A stretch of DNA of 64,000 bases from a virus. Taxonomy: Duplodnaviria; Caudoviricetes. Shown here piece after piece: positions 63,297 through 64,000 of the stretch; the stretch's first letter is position 1; each line of letters begins with the position of its first letter. The notes under the pieces are model-generated. The model was given only the letters and a program-made list of their open reading frames with translations, was not told the DNA's origin and did not search any database. The DNA lies in the IMG/VR virus record IMGVR_UViG_3300005573_000089, positions 4,420 through 68,419 of that record, one strand, 5' to 3'. The position numbers were made by a program, and so were the translations under genes.

Positions 63297-63482
63297 ATGA
63301 AAGTTAAATGTCCTATTTGTGGATTTGATAATGATGAAATTTATTCTTATACTGCACAAGATTATTATGGAAATGATGTAGTATTCTTTCTTTATAAATG
63401 TAAAAAATGTGAATATGATTATTCTTACTCTATTTCATCTGTTTCAACAATAACCTATGATCAAGAAGGAAAGGATAATTGA
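63297..63482 (+). CDS. small Zn-ribbon protein
   Basis: CPICG...CKKC. Confidence 0.65.
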   Translation: MKVKCPICGFDNDEIYSYTAQDYYGNDVVFFLYKCKKCEYDYSYSISSVSTITYDQEGKDN

Positions 63483-63492
63483 TTAGTTAGAG

Positions 63493-63515
63493 ATCGATTT
63501 AGGTGATAAATCGAT
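63493..63515. repeat. 23-bp palindrome copy (core GGTGA)
   Basis: perfect arms, 10 nt after the stop at 63482. Confidence 0.95.
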
Positions 63516-63541
63516 TTTACCAATTTAGGAAATGATCAAAA

Positions 63542-64000
63542 TTGATAGAAAATTACAAAGTTACTAATTGTCCAATATGTAAGGCTCAAGTAACTTATTC
63601 AGAAATAATAATAGAAGAGCCTCATATTGTCATTAAATTTAATTGTCAAAGATGTGATACTGTTTTTCGATTTGATATACATGCATGTTTCCATACTGAT
63701 GTTGAAGTTTCTTATGATGTACATAAAATATTAGATAATATGCATGAAGGATTTATTATTTCAGAAACAATACATGACTTAGATATTTGTCCTTATTGTA
63801 ATGAACCATTTGATTTTAATGAGAAATTTTTCTCTAAGTTCATAGAAAATGATAGACTAGTTTATCGATATTATTGTCATTGTAATTCTTGTGATTACAA
63901 CTTTATGTTAGATCATAAATTTCCATTTGAAATATTATATCGAGTTATTGATGTCAATAAGGAATCTGATCCAAATAAGATCATTTTCTGGAAATTAAAA
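63542..64000 (+). CDS. double Zn-ribbon protein, truncated by the window end (not in ORF track)
   Basis: TTG start, open to 64000; CPIC..CQRC and CPYC..CNSC. Confidence 0.6.
   Translation, partial: MIENYKVTNCPICKAQVTYSEIIIEEPHIVIKFNCQRCDTVFRFDIHACFHTDVEVSYDVHKILDNMHEGFIISETIHDLDICPYCNEPFDFNEKFFSKFIENDRLVYRYYCHCNSCDYNFMLDHKFPFEILYRVIDVNKESDPNKIIFWKLK

Noticed and set aside
1715-63515. Palindromes as lox/dif-like recombination or shufflon sites
   Set aside because: The arm-core-arm layout fits, but no tyrosine or serine recombinase was recognised. Many same-orientation sites would delete essential genes, and several lie inside essential CDSs. Not fully excluded.
1715-63515. GGTGA core as a Shine-Dalgarno sequence
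   Set aside because: The core is in the wrong orientation in over half the copies and is not at SD distance from start codons.
63542-64000. Window being a complete circular genome (the terminal ORF would close at TAG 7-9 if joined)
   Set aside because: The window length is arbitrary, stops are frequent in AT-rich DNA, and no terminal overlap is visible.
1-64000. tRNA, rRNA, integrase/att sites, IS elements, inteins
   Set aside because: None recognised by eye; tRNAscan-SE and HMM searches would be needed to exclude them.

Overview
AT-rich (about 28-30% GC by eye), densely coding segment that looks like most of the genome of a tailed archaeal dsDNA virus (Caudoviricetes, siphovirus-like). The host is probably Bathyarchaeia or another TACK-type anaerobe; this is inferred from GGTGA/GGAGGTGA ribosome-binding sites, oligo-T terminators, RadA, an ERCC4 nuclease, class III RNR, an archaeal-type wHTH and two Bathyarchaeia-like Ig-fold proteins. 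Modules: recombination/replication (DHH, RadA, ERCC4, putative SSB, ParB-like, NrdD, PolB; 1.8-13 kb); trypsin-like protease, portal and DP1-like phosphoesterase (14-18 kb); sugar-modification cluster (18.6-28.4 kb); minus-strand head/neck block (28.7-35.2 kb); an NTase-ligase fusion plus a LigD-phosphoesterase-repeat pair (35.3-39.7 kb); tail (40-57.4 kb); terminase (57.5-59.4 kb); and a compositionally distinct, repeat-rich putative early/origin region (59.4-64 kb). The most striking unexplained structure is a 23-bp palindrome, ATCGATTTA-N5-TAAATCGAT. I found 29 copies, never more than about 4.7 kb apart, mostly hugging gene 3' ends but also embedded in-frame in the long genes, and four times as 35-bp doublets. 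GATC is also strongly over-represented and CpG depleted in the parts I counted. No integrase, helicase, primase, DNA methyltransferase, tRNA or CRISPR array was recognised. All calls come from reading motifs by eye; no searches were run.
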